Source: Gammaproteobacteria bacterium (GTDB lineage Bacteria > Pseudomonadota > Gammaproteobacteria > GCA-001735895). Taken from it: 64,000 nt of DNA. Position 1 is the first letter of the stretch. Each line of letters starts with the position of its first letter. The translations under genes and the position numbers were made by a program. The DNA is taken from positions 128,001 through 192,000 of the forward strand of contig JBNKUM010000085.1 of NCBI GenBank assembly GCA_050298595.1. Reading direction: 5' to 3'. Shown here one piece after another: positions 22,725 to 33,160 of this stretch. A model generated the notes under the pieces. It made no database searches and was not told the DNA's origin. It worked only from the letters and a program-made list of their open reading frames with translations.

Positions 22725-22793
22725 TCACCATCGCCAGCAGGTATATGCTTTAACATTAATTATTTGTTGGTCAGTCATCATGCTTCGAATCAT
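22725..22793 (-). CDS. trpL: Trp leader peptide MIRSMMTDQQIINVKAYTCWRW (alternative starts 22781/22778)
   Basis: Short ORF ending TGG CGA TGG TGA, 54 nt upstream of trpE; resembles Pseudomonas-type KAxxxWRW leaders. Confidence 0.75.
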   Translation of the reverse strand: MIRSMMTDQQIINVKAYTCWRW

Positions 22794-23468
22794 TTAAAGG
22801 TATTGCGGTAATTCTGCAAAGGAATCTAACACAGCATCGGGATTGAAGCTACGAATATCTTCACCATGATTGTAACCATAACTCATACACACAATCTGGA
22901 ACCCCGCAGCTCTTGCGGCTTTCACATCGCTTTGTGAATCTCCTATCATGAGTGACTTCTGTGGATCGATAGACAGGCGCTCTGCCGCAGTCAATAACGG
23001 AAGAGGATCGGGCTTTTTGCGCGCAGTATCATCACCACAGATGATCACTTCAAAATATTCATAAATACTCAGATCGCGTAAAATCGGCAGGGTAAATTCA
23101 CCGGCTTTATTGGTCACACAACCTAATGTGTAGCCCGCGTTTTTCAGATAATCCAGGCCCGTGATTACGCCATCATACAGATGGCTGCGCTTTGAAGTAT
23201 TCTCTGCATACAGTTCACGGAATACAGCTAAAGCTTTCTGGTATAGCGCCTCTTCCGGCTCACCATCCATGGAATCAGTGAGTGCACGCTTTACCAGTCG
23301 CTCCACACCATTACCGACCCACTGCCTGACCGAGGCTTCACCACGTTCAGGCAAATCCAGAGCTTTTTGCATCTCGTCGACACAAAAAGACAGATCAGGC
23401 ACACTATCGACCAGCGTACCATCAACATCGATCAGGATCATGTCAGGTTTGCGCAGAAGCATACCCAC
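22794..23468 (-). CDS. gph: Phosphoglycolate phosphatase
   Basis: HAD DVDGTLVDS, KKPDP, MIGDS; rpe-gph-trpE synteny. Confidence 0.93.
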   Translation of the reverse strand: MGMLLRKPDMILIDVDGTLVDSVPDLSFCVDEMQKALDLPERGEASVRQWVGNGVERLVKRALTDSMDGEPEEALYQKALAVFRELYAENTSKRSHLYDGVITGLDYLKNAGYTLGCVTNKAGEFTLPILRDLSIYEYFEVIICGDDTARKKPDPLPLLTAAERLSIDPQKSLMIGDSQSDVKAARAAGFQIVCMSYGYNHGEDIRSFNPDAVLDSFAELPQYL

Positions 23469-24155
23469 TTATACCGTTGCTAACTGCTCACGCATTTCAG
23501 CGACAATACTATTGTATTTATTCGCGTCACTGTCTTTAGCCTTACCAAAGATGCCCGAACCAGAAACAAACATATCAGCACCGGCAGCAGCGATTTCAGA
23601 GATATTATCGGCTTTCACGCCACCATCTATCTCAAGCAGAATGTCATAACCAGACTCATCGATCATTTTTCTCGCCTGGCGCAGCTTATCCAGAGTAGCT
23701 GGAATAAAGCTCTGTCCACCAAAACCAGGGTTAACCGACATCAGCAAAATCACATCCACCTTATCCATCACATAATCCAGATAACTTAATGGAGTTGCCG
23801 GATTAAACACCAGACCAGATTTACAGCCACTTTCACGAATCAATGAAAGACTTCGATCAATATGCTCAGAAGCTTCTGGGTGAAAAGTAATGTAGCTTGC
23901 GCCCGCTGCAGCAAAATCAGGAATAATACGATCTACAGGCTTCACCATAAGGTGCACATCGATAGGAGCAGTAACACCATGCTTTCTCAACGCTTCGCAA
24001 ACCAGCGGACCTATCGTCAGGTTTGGAACGTAATGATTGTCCATTACATCGAAATGAACCACATCAGCACCGGAAGCGAGTACATTGTCCACTTCTTCTC
24101 CCAGTTTCGCGAAATCAGCCGACAGAATTGACGGCGCAATCAAATAATCAGTCAT
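23469..24155 (-). CDS. rpe: Ribulose-phosphate 3-epimerase
   Basis: [31 protein letters not shown]. Confidence 0.97.
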   Translation of the reverse strand: MTDYLIAPSILSADFAKLGEEVDNVLASGADVVHFDVMDNHYVPNLTIGPLVCEALRKHGVTAPIDVHLMVKPVDRIIPDFAAAGASYITFHPEASEHIDRSLSLIRESGCKSGLVFNPATPLSYLDYVMDKVDVILLMSVNPGFGGQSFIPATLDKLRQARKMIDESGYDILLEIDGGVKADNISEIAAAGADMFVSGSGIFGKAKDSDANKYNSIVAEMREQLATV

Positions 24156-24292
24156 AACATTCCCCATTAGCGCTTAAAATTAGATCCGCGAATGTACACG
24201 AATCACGTGCAAATTTCAGCTCCTATATAAACAAATGCATACCTGCTTATAATAAAACGTTAAAATATCTCAAAATTTAAAAAGGTAGAACA

Positions 24293-24751
24293 ATGGCAAT
24301 TAATTTAGGTTTACACGCTATATCAATGATGATCTGGGTTGGTGGAATGTTTTTCGCCCATATGATTTTACGTCCAGCAGCAGTCAGTCAGCTTGAACCA
24401 CCCTTACGCCTGAATCTATGGCGTCATGTATTTAATCGGTTTTTCCCAGTAGTCTGGGCAATCATCTTAATCATCCCTATTACAGGTATCGGCTTAACTC
24501 ACCCTTACGGTGGATTTGCAAAAGCTCCTCTATATATACACATTATGACCGGACTAGGTACGGTTATGATCATGATTTTTCTGTATATTTACTTCGGCCC
24601 TTTTAAACGTCTCAAGCAACGACTGGACCAGAATGATATACCCGGCGCAGCCAAACAACTGAATCAAATTAGAATGCTGGTCGGGCTGAATACCTTGATA
24701 GGCTTTCTGACTATCGCTATTGCTACTGCAGGTAAGTATTACCTGACATAG
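24293..24751 (+). CDS. CopD-like four-helix membrane protein
   Basis: LH...IWVGGMFFA, hydrophobic helices, YIHIM. Confidence 0.7.
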   Translation: MAINLGLHAISMMIWVGGMFFAHMILRPAAVSQLEPPLRLNLWRHVFNRFFPVVWAIILIIPITGIGLTHPYGGFAKAPLYIHIMTGLGTVMIMIFLYIYFGPFKRLKQRLDQNDIPGAAKQLNQIRMLVGLNTLIGFLTIAIATAGKYYLT

Positions 24752-24773
24752 CCGATAAATAAATGACTGGCAC

Positions 24774-24799
24774 AAAAAAACCGGGGTAACCCGGTTTTT
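24774..24799. terminator. Bidirectional terminator
   Basis: AAAAAAACCGGG-GTAA-CCCGGTTTTT between convergent genes. Confidence 0.8.
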
Positions 24800-24821
24800 C
24801 CAACTTTAGATTTCGAAAATC

Positions 24822-25127
24822 TTACAGGCTACCAATATAAGCAGCCAGGTTCTCGATATCATCATCCGACAAACCCGCAGCCATAGCATTCATGGTTGGA
24901 TTTTGTCGAGTACCGCTACGGAAATTAGTCAGATTCTCCTGAACAAAAGCTTCATTCCTGCCTTTCAATGAGGGGTAGGTAGGTACTACACTGACACCTC
25001 CGGCACCATGACAACCGATACAGCCTTTAGCGGCAAAAGCAGACTTTCCAGAGGCCACATCACCAGCAAATACCTGACCAGAAGCAACAAGTGCAGATGC
25101 TAGAACTACAGATGAAAACAGATTCAT
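24822..25127 (-). CDS. Monoheme cytochrome c (c553/c554-like)
   Basis: Signal peptide, CIGCH, YPSLKG, NPTMNAMA. Confidence 0.92.
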   Translation of the reverse strand: MNLFSSVVLASALVASGQVFAGDVASGKSAFAAKGCIGCHGAGGVSVVPTYPSLKGRNEAFVQENLTNFRSGTRQNPTMNAMAAGLSDDDIENLAAYIGSL

Positions 25128-25270
25128 TAAACAACCCCCGAACTATAGTAGAACAACCACCACCAAAAATAATGGCTTGCTAAAGCAGCTCGGCATTGTT
25201 ACAAAGCCACCAGATTTTGTAAAGTCTACCAATATTAACTGAATAAAAGCTGAATACCGGTGCCCCAGCC

Positions 25271-25864
25271 ATGAATGATTTCAAAGAATTTAACCAAAAG
25301 ATTCGGCAGGATATTACTCTGCAAACCACACAGCGTGGACATACGCTTAACCTGAAAACCACCTGGGGCTTATTCTCACCAAAAACGATTGATGAAGGCT
25401 CCAGCATGCTGCTGAAATATCTAGAGATCGAACCCGATGATGACTGTCTCGATCTAGGCTGTGGCTATGGAATTTTAGGATTAAATATGGCGCAATGCGC
25501 TCCACAGGGAAAGACCCTGATGGTAGATAAGGATTTTGTAGCGGTGGAATATGCGGAAAAAAACTGTCGTCTGAATAATATTAATAATGCCGAGTGCCTG
25601 CTCAGCAATGGCTTTAACCAGATTCCACCACAAAAGTTTGACCTGATTGTTTCCAACATACCCGCCAAGGTCGGCAAGGAAATGTTGTATCTGTATCTGT
25701 TCGACGCGCTTAAATATTTAAAACCTGGCGGTTCATTTTATATTGTCACCATCACTGGACTAAGACAGTTTTTCAAACGTGGATTTACAGAAGTTTTCGG
25801 GCATTACGAGAAAATCAAACAAGGAAAAACCTATACCGTTGCCAGAGGCGTCAAGCAAAGGTAG
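25271..25864 (+). CDS. Small class I SAM-dependent methyltransferase (RsmC/MTS domain)
   Basis: GLFSPKTIDEGS, LDLGCGYG, IVSNIP. Confidence 0.88.
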   Translation: MNDFKEFNQKIRQDITLQTTQRGHTLNLKTTWGLFSPKTIDEGSSMLLKYLEIEPDDDCLDLGCGYGILGLNMAQCAPQGKTLMVDKDFVAVEYAEKNCRLNNINNAECLLSNGFNQIPPQKFDLIVSNIPAKVGKEMLYLYLFDALKYLKPGGSFYIVTITGLRQFFKRGFTEVFGHYEKIKQGKTYTVARGVKQR

Positions 25865-25891
25865 CACTTAAAACCATACATTGCTAAAACA

Positions 25892-25916
25892 AAAAAGGCA
25901 GCCGAGGCTGCCTTTT
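25892..25916. terminator. Bidirectional terminator
   Basis: AAAAAAGGCAGCC-GA-GGCTGCCTTTT. Confidence 0.8.
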
Positions 25917-25931
25917 AAGTTTCGATATTTA

Positions 25932-26474
25932 CTATTGTTGAGCTGCTGGTGCAGCAGGTGGCTGCTGAACAGGTGGTGGCTGATAGCCGTATTGGCCATA
26001 GCCATAGTATGGGTTTGAACCGTAAGGAGCAGGACCTCCCCATGGGTTTCCACCCCATCCTCTGTTACCCCATCCTCTGTTACCCCATCCATTATTACCC
26101 CAGCCGCCATTATTGTTGTAATAGTTACCCTGGTAATCACCACGACCATCGCCGTAGCCACTGCCATAGCCATAACTATTGCCACGCCAGTCGGTATTGC
26201 CATCAAAGTCTGAATCTGCATCCATGTTTGCTTTACCACGACCACTGAAATTCAGATCAAATGAACCTTCACCATTACCTGTGCCTCGCCCACGCCCTGT
26301 GCCGCGCCCAGATCCTCTTCCATCTCCATAATAATTACCATATCCATTACCATAACCATTGTAGTTACCATATCCGTATCCACTTCCATCGTTATTATCC
26401 CAGGCTGCACTGGCTGAAACAGAAACTCCCATACATGCTGCTATTGCAGATGCGATCAATATTTTCTTCATCAC
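25932..26474 (-). CDS. Sulfur globule envelope protein (SgpA/B-like)
   Basis: Signal peptide; G/Y/N/W-rich low complexity; GEGSFDLNFSGRG core; PWGG/PYYGY; P/A/Q tail. Confidence 0.7.
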   Translation of the reverse strand: MMKKILIASAIAACMGVSVSASAAWDNNDGSGYGYGNYNGYGNGYGNYYGDGRGSGRGTGRGRGTGNGEGSFDLNFSGRGKANMDADSDFDGNTDWRGNSYGYGSGYGDGRGDYQGNYYNNNGGWGNNGWGNRGWGNRGWGGNPWGGPAPYGSNPYYGYGQYGYQPPPVQQPPAAPAAQQ

Positions 26475-26699
26475 TCAATCTCCAGTTTTTTAATGGCATT
26501 TACCATATTTTTTATTCATTGGGATTGCTATGCCGAGCTGATGAACTGCTTTCAGATAAGCAAAACACCCCTTGCAAGAGCTTTTATAACGCAACTCAAA
26601 AAAAGAAGCAAAGCCTCAATTTAATTTGAATGGCTTTAACAGTGGAAAAAAGCGGATTTAAATGGGAAAACCCCAGTGAAAAGATTAAAGAGAACAAGC

Positions 26700-27824
26700 T
26701 CAGGATAAAATATTTCTAGCCCTGGCTAAATTTTCCAGGGCATCCTTTACGTTGTCAGCAAGAAAATTGATATGCCCCATTTTTCGGCCAATGCGCGCCG
26801 CTTTCTTTCCATACAGGTGCAACTTCGCACGATCAATTTCAATGACTTCATCCCATGCAGGCTGTCCCTGGAGAGGCCAGACATTGCCCAGCACATTCAG
26901 CATGGCAACCGGGGTATGCAACTCCCCATTACCTGCAGGCAAACCACAAACCATACGAACCTGTTGTTCGAACTGTGAGCAATAACAGGCATCCAGGGTA
27001 AAATGCCCAGAGTTATGTGGGCGAGGAGCCACCTCATTCACCAGCAACTGCCCCGTGTTTGAGATAAAAAACTCAACCGCCAACACGCCACAATAATTCA
27101 AACCTCTGGCGATAATCTGAGCAGCCTGCTGTGCTTTTCCCTGTAATTCATCGTTAATATCTGCAGGGGCCACAGTTACATCCAGAATACCATTCACATG
27201 CTCATTCTGTGCCACAGGAAAACAAAAACATTCTCCCGTTTCGCTACGCGCCAGTACGACTGAAATTTCCAGTTTCAGATTGATACGCTGTTCCAGCACA
27301 CAGGGCGTATTCAGTGTTTTATAAGCTGCCGCAACCGACTCAGCATTCGGGCAAACAATCTGTCCCTTTCCATCGTAGCCCAGTGTGGCTGTTTTCAATA
27401 TTGCAGGATAGACAACCTCATCCACCTGGGCAAGATCAGCTTCAGATTCAATCGCAATAAAGGGCGAGGTAGCAAGTCCCAGAGACTGGATAAATCTTTT
27501 TTCAGAGATTCGATTCTGTGTAACCGCAAGTGCCTGAGCAGAAGGGTGAACCGGTAACTTGCTGGACAGATAATCCAGTGCATCAGCAGGTACATTTTCA
27601 AACTCGGTCGTAATCACAGCACAATGTTGAGCCATACGCTCAAGTGCTCGACGATCGGTATATTCAGCCTGAAAATGTTCAGTCGCCATGCTACCAGCTG
27701 GACTATGTGGATCAGGATCCAGCACCATAACTTCATAACCCATGGTTCTGGCGGCTGTGACAAACATACGGCCCAGCTGCCCCCCCCCAAGAATGCCAAG
27801 AGTACTACCTGGAAGAATAGCCAT
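26700..27824 (-). CDS. purK: N5-CAIR synthase
   Basis: GGGQLGRM, GYDGKGQ, NEVAPRPHNSGH, RKMGH. Confidence 0.96.
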   Translation of the reverse strand: MAILPGSTLGILGGGQLGRMFVTAARTMGYEVMVLDPDPHSPAGSMATEHFQAEYTDRRALERMAQHCAVITTEFENVPADALDYLSSKLPVHPSAQALAVTQNRISEKRFIQSLGLATSPFIAIESEADLAQVDEVVYPAILKTATLGYDGKGQIVCPNAESVAAAYKTLNTPCVLEQRINLKLEISVVLARSETGECFCFPVAQNEHVNGILDVTVAPADINDELQGKAQQAAQIIARGLNYCGVLAVEFFISNTGQLLVNEVAPRPHNSGHFTLDACYCSQFEQQVRMVCGLPAGNGELHTPVAMLNVLGNVWPLQGQPAWDEVIEIDRAKLHLYGKKAARIGRKMGHINFLADNVKDALENLARARNILS

Positions 27825-27836
27825 GAGTGTCAGCCT

Positions 27837-28331
27837 TTAATCTTTTGGTGGTAAAACCATATCAAAAACACTACGTTTTTGATCTTCACGAAACTGTTCC
27901 AGCTTTTCACGCTGATCAGCATTGGTATTCGCCAGCAGAGCAACCGCAAATAAACCGGCATTGATCGCCCCTGCCTCGCCGATAGCAAAGGTTGCTACTG
28001 GTATACCCTTGGGCATCTGAACAATAGAAAGAAGGCTATCTTCACCTTTGAGGTATTTTGAAGGCACCGGAACCCCAAGCACGGGAACCGTAGTATGCGC
28101 TGCCAGCATGCCAGGTAGATGAGCTGCACCACCAGCACCTGCAATAATACAGGCCAGGCCTTCAGCACGCGCTGATTTGGCAAATTCAGCCAATAGATCG
28201 GGAGTTCTATGCGCAGAAACAACCTGTGCCTTATAAGGCACGCCAAACTTCTCCAGCTGTTCTACTGCAAGCTTCATGATGGGCCAGTCACTATCGCTAC
28301 CCATGACTACAGCGACTACAGGTTTAGTCAC
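27837..28331 (-). CDS. purE: N5-CAIR mutase
   Basis: [22 protein letters not shown]. Confidence 0.97.
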   Translation of the reverse strand: MTKPVVAVVMGSDSDWPIMKLAVEQLEKFGVPYKAQVVSAHRTPDLLAEFAKSARAEGLACIIAGAGGAAHLPGMLAAHTTVPVLGVPVPSKYLKGEDSLLSIVQMPKGIPVATFAIGEAGAINAGLFAVALLANTNADQREKLEQFREDQKRSVFDMVLPPKD

Positions 28332-28501
28332 GATATTTCTCCGGTAAACTCAGAAAAAACGGCGCATTCTACGCTGTTTCTTAACGAAAAAAACCCTTAA
28401 ATGGCTAATGCCTTGGTTTTCAGCGCATAATCTTATTCTAATCCATCATCTTTCGGAGTAAAATCTCGCTCCTTTTGCAGACTCAGATGAGCCAGATCAA
28501 T

Positions 28502-29386
28502 ATGTCTCAAGCGGTATACCAATCCAACATAGACAACTTGCCCCTGATTGCCAGAGGCAAGGTGCGCGATATTTACCAGATCGACGAACAACACCTACTG
28601 TTTGTCACCACCGACCGCATATCTGCTTTTGACGTCATCATGCCCGACCCGATTCCCGGCAAAGGTATTCTGCTTACTCAGATATCCAATTTCTGGTTCA
28701 AAAAATCTGCAAAACTGATTCCAAATCACCTGACTGATCTTGATCTGGCCGATTATGTCAGTGTCGAAGATTATGCGCTGTTGAAAGATCGCTCTGTCAT
28801 CGTCAAAAAGCTCAGACAACTGCCCGTAGAAGCCATCGTTCGTGGCTACATCATCGGTTCCGGCTGGAAGGATTATCTGGCTAGCGGTGCAATTTGCGGC
28901 ATCGAACTACCCGCTGGATTACAACAGGCCGAGCAATTACCACAACCGATTTACACCCCATCGAGTAAGGCCGAGGTTGGTGATCATGATATTAATATCT
29001 CATTCGATAAAACCGTCGAGCTGATTGGGCTGGAACTTGCTAATCAGATACGTGATGTAAGTATTGCTTTATACAAGATGGCGGCAGAGTATGCTCTGGA
29101 ACGAGGCATTATAATTGCCGATACCAAGTTTGAGTTTGGGCTGGATGAGAATAACCAACTGGTACTGGCGGATGAGGTGTTAACACCCGACTCATCGCGC
29201 TTCTGGCCACGACTTCAGTATCAGCCAGGCACCAGTCCGATGAGTTTTGATAAACAGTTTATACGTGACTATCTGGAGACTCTAGATTGGGATAAGACAG
29301 CTCCAGGGCCAGTGATACCGGCAGATATTCTGGAGAAAACACGTGCTAAGTATCAGGAAGCGTTTGAGATTTTGACGGAGCGATAA
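28502..29386 (+). CDS. purC: SAICAR synthase
   Basis: GKVRDIY, DRISAFD, ADTKFEFG, DEVLTPDSSRFW. Confidence 0.97.
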   Translation: MSQAVYQSNIDNLPLIARGKVRDIYQIDEQHLLFVTTDRISAFDVIMPDPIPGKGILLTQISNFWFKKSAKLIPNHLTDLDLADYVSVEDYALLKDRSVIVKKLRQLPVEAIVRGYIIGSGWKDYLASGAICGIELPAGLQQAEQLPQPIYTPSSKAEVGDHDINISFDKTVELIGLELANQIRDVSIALYKMAAEYALERGIIIADTKFEFGLDENNQLVLADEVLTPDSSRFWPRLQYQPGTSPMSFDKQFIRDYLETLDWDKTAPGPVIPADILEKTRAKYQEAFEILTER

Positions 29387-29516
29387 TTTGGTGCAGGCTA
29401 GCAACTGTCTTGTGTTGTTTCGCACATCGGAGCAATTAGGACCCTGCAGCCAACGAGCACGCGCCCAAAACTTTTCCCACGGTAAATCGCGCCTTATTTA
29501 TAACTACAAAGCGTTA

Positions 29517-30350
29517 TTAAGACGCGTGAAACCTGGTTTTTGGCAAAAAGCCTTTCCCTGTTGTGAGCAAAGCTGTAATCCAGTGAATTAGATCGGATAA
29601 ATGCCTGTGTGGAGGCCGTCTCTGACAATGTGACTTTTCCAGGTGTTTAATCATCGACTTCATCAAGCGCTTATTATCCGGTGAAAGTTCAGTAAAACGA
29701 GCACCATAGCCTTCGTGTCCATCAACCATGAATTTGTACACCACTTTAGCCCTGGATTTGATATCAAATGTAGTAGGAGCAGCATTTAGTATAAATTCGA
29801 GATTAATATCAGAATCGATCGGCAAATCTATATCTGCTGTTATGAATACTCCACTCTGCGAAATATTTCTGACTGTAGATTGTATCTTACCGTCGATTTC
29901 ACATGGGATATGTGCGGAATATCTCGGCTTAGCCTCCCACCAGCGGATGCGAGGATCCAGGTAAGCTATTCTGACAGCAGGTAAAAGCAGATAAGTAACC
30001 ATCGCAATATTCAACAGCCCGAATCCGATAAAGGATAGCAGCAACCATGCCTGATTGGTCTGATACAGCTCAATCAGGTAAGGGACATTGACGATAAAAA
30101 CCCAGGCTTGAACGGCTAAAAATACAAAATAACTCCATTTTTTTACCGCAAACAATGCTAATCCAGCAACTGGGAACAATAAGAAAAATTCAAAGTTAGT
30201 AATCATCGAGCCCCCATTATGTTCGATTACGACTCGAACAAACTCGAAGGGACTGATGTGCCAGTAAAAACTATAGAATACGATTTTAGTCAGGGGCTCT
30301 ATGAAGTGAAAAAAGGCTAATATTAGTAAAGGCCAGGGTTTGTTTTCCAT
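29517..30350 (-). CDS. Membrane protein with C-terminal PilZ domain
   Basis: Four TM segments, RWWEAKPRY and NISQSG motifs, YGARF. Confidence 0.8.
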   Translation of the reverse strand: MENKPWPLLILAFFHFIEPLTKIVFYSFYWHISPFEFVRVVIEHNGGSMITNFEFFLLFPVAGLALFAVKKWSYFVFLAVQAWVFIVNVPYLIELYQTNQAWLLLSFIGFGLLNIAMVTYLLLPAVRIAYLDPRIRWWEAKPRYSAHIPCEIDGKIQSTVRNISQSGVFITADIDLPIDSDINLEFILNAAPTTFDIKSRAKVVYKFMVDGHEGYGARFTELSPDNKRLMKSMIKHLEKSHCQRRPPHRHLSDLIHWITALLTTGKGFLPKTRFHAS

Positions 30351-30407
30351 GATTCTATCTCCATAGTCTTGGTTAAACTCAAAAGCAGAGAGCTGTTTAG
30401 ACTTATC

Positions 30408-30812
30408 TTAAAGCTCCTTACTCACCACGCTTGACATAGCGCTCTCCACACCATCATTGTTAACAGCTGTCATACCAAAGTAATATGTTGTGCCAGTAAC
30501 TAAACCTTCGATAGTATATTCCGATAGATTTGCACCAACATCATCACTGTCGAGCAGTAAATTTACAACCTCATCTGAAGCATATCCATAATAGATTCTA
30601 TAGCCCAGCAGATCATTCAGAGGAGAGCCATCTGTATTTTCAGCCGGGGGGGTCCAGCTAAGGGTCGCCACACCAACATCAGCACCAACATCAGAACCAG
30701 CACCAACATCAGAACCCGAGGGCTCCGCACTGGAACCTGCGCCACAGCCGGATAAACATAAAGCTATAAACAAAATTGTTATCGATATAAAAATATTTTT
30801 CATCCTTGTCAC
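30408..30812 (-). CDS. Lipoprotein with fibronectin type III domain
   Basis: Lipobox LSGC; LSWTPP, GYRIYYG, TYYFGMTAVN. Confidence 0.85.
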   Translation of the reverse strand: MTRMKNIFISITILFIALCLSGCGAGSSAEPSGSDVGAGSDVGADVGVATLSWTPPAENTDGSPLNDLLGYRIYYGYASDEVVNLLLDSDDVGANLSEYTIEGLVTGTTYYFGMTAVNNDGVESAMSSVVSKEL

Positions 30813-31166
30813 CTGAATAAATAATGATAACCAGAAAGGATTATGTTACCACCTTACGAGTAAATAGGATGCAAAAAGTTACTCAATCACATGACATCTT
30901 TATAAAGTATAGTGTATATAGACGTGCTGATATTACCGCCTGTCGCCCGATATATTCTCAATTTGTTACATGACTTAATCGTTAAAACTCATGTTTTCAG
31001 CCAGAAAAATACAAAATAGATGCATAGCCAGAGTAGAGCCTGAATTAACATAAATCCCTCATCAAATATCTCTGTAAGATACTTTTTTTACCTACCAGAA
31101 TTTACCTGCAGCACAATACCTGATGACAGCAAATGCCAATTTATTATCCAGCAATATTAAATCACC

Positions 31167-32486
31167 ATGAGTAAACGCACTCAGCCTGGGCTATTGAGCC
31201 ATCGACGGGTTCTAAAAATTGCACTACCTATAGTGCTGTCTAACGCAACTGTTCCCATCCTTGGAGCCGTGGATACTGGCGTGGTGGGTCAGATGGGTGC
31301 TGCTACGCCCATTGGTGCAGTGGGTATAGGAGCTGTGATTGTTGCCTCTATTTACTGGATCTTCGGTTTTCTGCGCATGGGGACGACCGGAATGGTTGCG
31401 CAGACACTAGGGGCTGGAAACCAGGCGGAGGTTTCTGCCCTACTGACGCGGGCACTCATGATTGCCTTCGCAGGCGGTCTACTGCTGATTGTGTTTCAGA
31501 TCCCCATCCTGTGGCTGGTTTTTCAAATTTCACCGGCTTCCGCTGAAGTAGAAACTCTGGCGCGTGCCTATATCAATATCCGCATCTGGTCCGCGCCCTT
31601 TGCCATTTCTATCTATGGCCTTACCGGCTGGCTGATCGCACATGAACGCACTCGCTCAGTGCTGTTATTACAGCTATGGATGAACGGGCTAAATATACTG
31701 CTCGATCTATGCTTCGTACTGGGCCTGGATTGGGGCGTCGAAGGCGTAGCAATAGCGACAGTCATCGCCGAGGTTTCTGGAGCCGCTATGGGACTGTGGC
31801 TGTGTCGAGAGGCAATGACCCACCCCGCCTGGCGTATGGCAGAAAGGATATTTGATCGTGAGCGACTTATACACATGGCGCAGGTAAACACCGACATCCT
31901 GATTCGTTCCGTACTACTGCTATCGATCATCGTAAGCTTCACCTTTTTCGGCTCCAGTTTTGGTGACCTGACACTAGCTGCCAATCAGATACTCATGCAA
32001 TTTGTTGAAATCACCGCCTATGCACTAGATGGCTTTGCCTTTGCTGCTGAAGCCATTGTAGGTCAGGCATTTGGTGCTAGATCACGCTCCACATTACGCC
32101 GAGCTTCCTTGCTCACTTCCTGGTGGGGGCTGATCATGTCTGGGCTTCTGGCGGTCGCGTTTGCATTATTTGGCGGGGTGATCATTGACACGATGGCTAC
32201 GGCGGCAGATGTTCGATTGGAGGCCAGAGATTATCTGCCATGGATGATAGCCACGCCTTTGTTAGGTCTACCCGCCTGGATGCTGGATGGGATTTTTATT
32301 GGTGCAACTCGTACGCGGGATATGCGGAATATGATGGTGGTCAGTATCATTATTTACCTGCTGTCTGTTGCTATTTTGATGCCGATGTTCGGCAATCATG
32401 GGCTTTGGATGGCTTTGAGTATTAGTTATCTGGCGAGAGGCTCGACTTTGTTTTGGAAGTATTTTGGGCTGGAAGCAGAGGTTTAA
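31167..32486 (+). CDS. MATE efflux transporter (DinF-like)
   Basis: ALPIVLSNATVPILGAVDTGVVG, FLRMGTTG, ALDGFAFAAE. Confidence 0.92.
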   Translation: MSKRTQPGLLSHRRVLKIALPIVLSNATVPILGAVDTGVVGQMGAATPIGAVGIGAVIVASIYWIFGFLRMGTTGMVAQTLGAGNQAEVSALLTRALMIAFAGGLLLIVFQIPILWLVFQISPASAEVETLARAYINIRIWSAPFAISIYGLTGWLIAHERTRSVLLLQLWMNGLNILLDLCFVLGLDWGVEGVAIATVIAEVSGAAMGLWLCREAMTHPAWRMAERIFDRERLIHMAQVNTDILIRSVLLLSIIVSFTFFGSSFGDLTLAANQILMQFVEITAYALDGFAFAAEAIVGQAFGARSRSTLRRASLLTSWWGLIMSGLLAVAFALFGGVIIDTMATAADVRLEARDYLPWMIATPLLGLPAWMLDGIFIGATRTRDMRNMMVVSIIIYLLSVAILMPMFGNHGLWMALSISYLARGSTLFWKYFGLEAEV

Positions 32487-32504
32487 TATTTGCCTCTATC
32501 CAGA

Positions 32505-32570
32505 GCATGATTTCATATGCCCAGGCTTTCCTTGCTGCACAGCATCTTTCTTGTAGGTGTACGAGCCTCT
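32505..32570 (+). repeat. Truncated degenerate copy of the composite repeat at 33996 and 40578
   Basis: ATGATTTCATATGCCCAGGCTTTCCTTGC...TCTTTCTTGTAGGTGTACGAGCC aligns with reverse complement of ~40510-40572. Confidence 0.65.
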
Positions 32571-32612
32571 GCTCGATGAAGTTGTATCCCTAAATTAAGC
32601 AAATCCATCTAG

Positions 32613-32652
32613 TCACATATCACAGATGCGCTTCACATATCACAGATGCGCT
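32613..32652. repeat. Perfect 20-bp tandem duplication at hemG 3' end
   Basis: TCACATATCACAGATGCGCT x2. Confidence 0.9.
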
Positions 32653-33160
32653 GACCAAATGCTTCAACCTGAGACCAGTCGGTAAAATCTATATTGGTGT
32701 CTGGATCTGTTGGGCCTTTGGTCATCCACATAATCATCCTGATCATGGTGCGGTCAAACAGGCTGTATTTTTGATAATCGATCTTGCCAGCAAACACAGC
32801 AAGATTTTTTGGCTGCCAGCTAATTTGCTTAAGAAACTTTTTTAAATACGGATTGGTGTCAGGCAGCCTTTTTTCAGCTTTGCGCGCTACAACATTCACC
32901 GAAAAGAAAGCATTAGACTTGCTATCTAGCACCGACTCATTTTGCTTAATAAAATGATATATTTTATTACTGTGCTTGCCGTAACGAATACTCGCACCTA
33001 TGACAATCTTATCGTATTTATTTAACTCGGAAGGATTAACCTCGTCTACAGAAACAAGCGTCACCTGATTATTCTGCTTTTGTATAATTTGCCTGAGGCG
33101 TAAGCAGATCTCTCGAGTATGCCCATCGGTGGTTGAATAAATTATTAGAATGTTAGCCAT
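32633..33160 (-). CDS. hemG: Menaquinone-dependent protoporphyrinogen IX dehydrogenase (flavodoxin type)
   Basis: YSTTDGHT, GASIRYG, FFSVN, FAGKIDY, TKGPTD, FTDW. Confidence 0.92.
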   Translation of the reverse strand: MANILIIYSTTDGHTREICLRLRQIIQKQNNQVTLVSVDEVNPSELNKYDKIVIGASIRYGKHSNKIYHFIKQNESVLDSKSNAFFSVNVVARKAEKRLPDTNPYLKKFLKQISWQPKNLAVFAGKIDYQKYSLFDRTMIRMIMWMTKGPTDPDTNIDFTDWSQVEAFGQRICDM

